Source: Geosiphon pyriformis uo1 (lineage: Eukaryota; Fungi; Glomeromycota). From it: DNA of 64,000 bases. Of the stretch, positions 63,094 through 64,000 are shown one piece after another. Each line of letters opens with the position of its first letter. The first letter of the stretch is position 1. Below the pieces are notes generated by a model. The model was not told where the DNA came from and searched no databases. It saw only the letters and a list, made by a program, of their open reading frames with translations. A program made the translations under genes and the position numbers. The stretch spans positions 313,222 through 377,221 of the forward strand of contig JAAOMT010000659.1 in NCBI GenBank assembly GCA_016748015.1, read 5' to 3'.

Positions 63094-64000
63094 CTTTGAA
63101 GGAAGTAACGAAATTTAGAAATGGACAAATTAGGATATTGGAGAGCTTTAAATATCAAAACAAATAAAAAGTGTTGATTTGAAATCAATTAAAAATACAA
63201 ATTTCATAATCTGTGAACAATAAAAATTCACATGATTTCGAGTAATAAAGCTGTTGCGAACATAAGTATTTTTAATTCAGGCTCAAGTATTTAAATAAAA
63301 ATGTTTATAATAAAAGTTAAAAAGCATATTCATCTTGTTATAATTAACATTCGGCTTAAATCTAAAATTGATTAAAAAATCTGTTAATATAATCAAAATT
63401 ATCAGCAAGTCTTAAAAATTAATGTTTAATAATTAAAATGCAATGTAAATAGTTTTGATTATATACTTGATTTGTGAAATTTTAAATGTATACAATTAAA
63501 TTGTTTAATTTTAATATAATATTTATTATTGTGTTTATTTGTGTTAAAATTCAGTAATCTAAATTTTTAAAAATAAATTTACACAAATCAAAAAATTTAA
63601 GTTTGTATTTATTAAACACAAATGAATAAAAATTTTGCAAATTTATAAATTATTTTATTTATTATATAAAATATATTATACTCTTTTATTTTATAATTAA
63701 AACTAAAATAAAAAGCAAAAAAAAAATAATCACTATTTTTTTTAGTTTTTAACAGTATAACTACTGAAAAAATTGTTTTAACTGTAAAAACAACTAAATA
63801 ATGCTTTATAAAAATGTTTTTTTTTAAATCATACAGACATAAAGTAATTTTTAATGCTAAAAAAATATTTTTTTTAGTTTTAAATAAAAGTTTTTTTATT
63901 CAAAAAATTTTTAAATTAACATATTAAAAATAGTCTTAATATTGTTATTATTGTTTAAATAATAATAAAAACCAAAGTATTTAAAAAATAATTATCTTTT

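Overview
Very AT-rich, intron-rich fungal genomic DNA, most likely Glomeromycotina or a related Mucoromycota lineage (inferred from gene content and repeat style). 1-13.6 kb is a gene-free AT-rich tract with many microsatellites. 13.7-43.4 kb is a nested, C>T/G>A-eroded retroelement pile. Ty3/Gypsy element B (20359-30609, 4-bp TSD GCAT) sits inside element A (14180-34543). A abuts a 5'-truncated element C (34544-41246), followed by a probable fourth LTR and a non-LTR ORF1 relic. A, B and C share an unusual plan: gag (lost in C) - protease - long Cys-rich domain - dUTPase - RT - RNaseH - integrase without chromodomain, then a conserved extra ~200-245 aa ORF that ends at the PPT. A and B have a PBS resembling the 3' end of elongator tRNA-Met. 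The LTRs carry conserved RNA-structure blocks: a U5 'anti-PBS' copy of the tRNA 3' end, a covarying hairpin next to TACTAAY plus a polypyrimidine tract, and a CTGGTAA/TTACCAG stem. 48-63 kb holds five host genes: a SIW14-like phosphatase, a class V myosin-chitin synthase head-to-head with a FluG-like gene, a secreted GPI-type orphan, and a 4-exon ASDURF-like microprotein missing from the ORF track. All alignments and exon models were made by eye.
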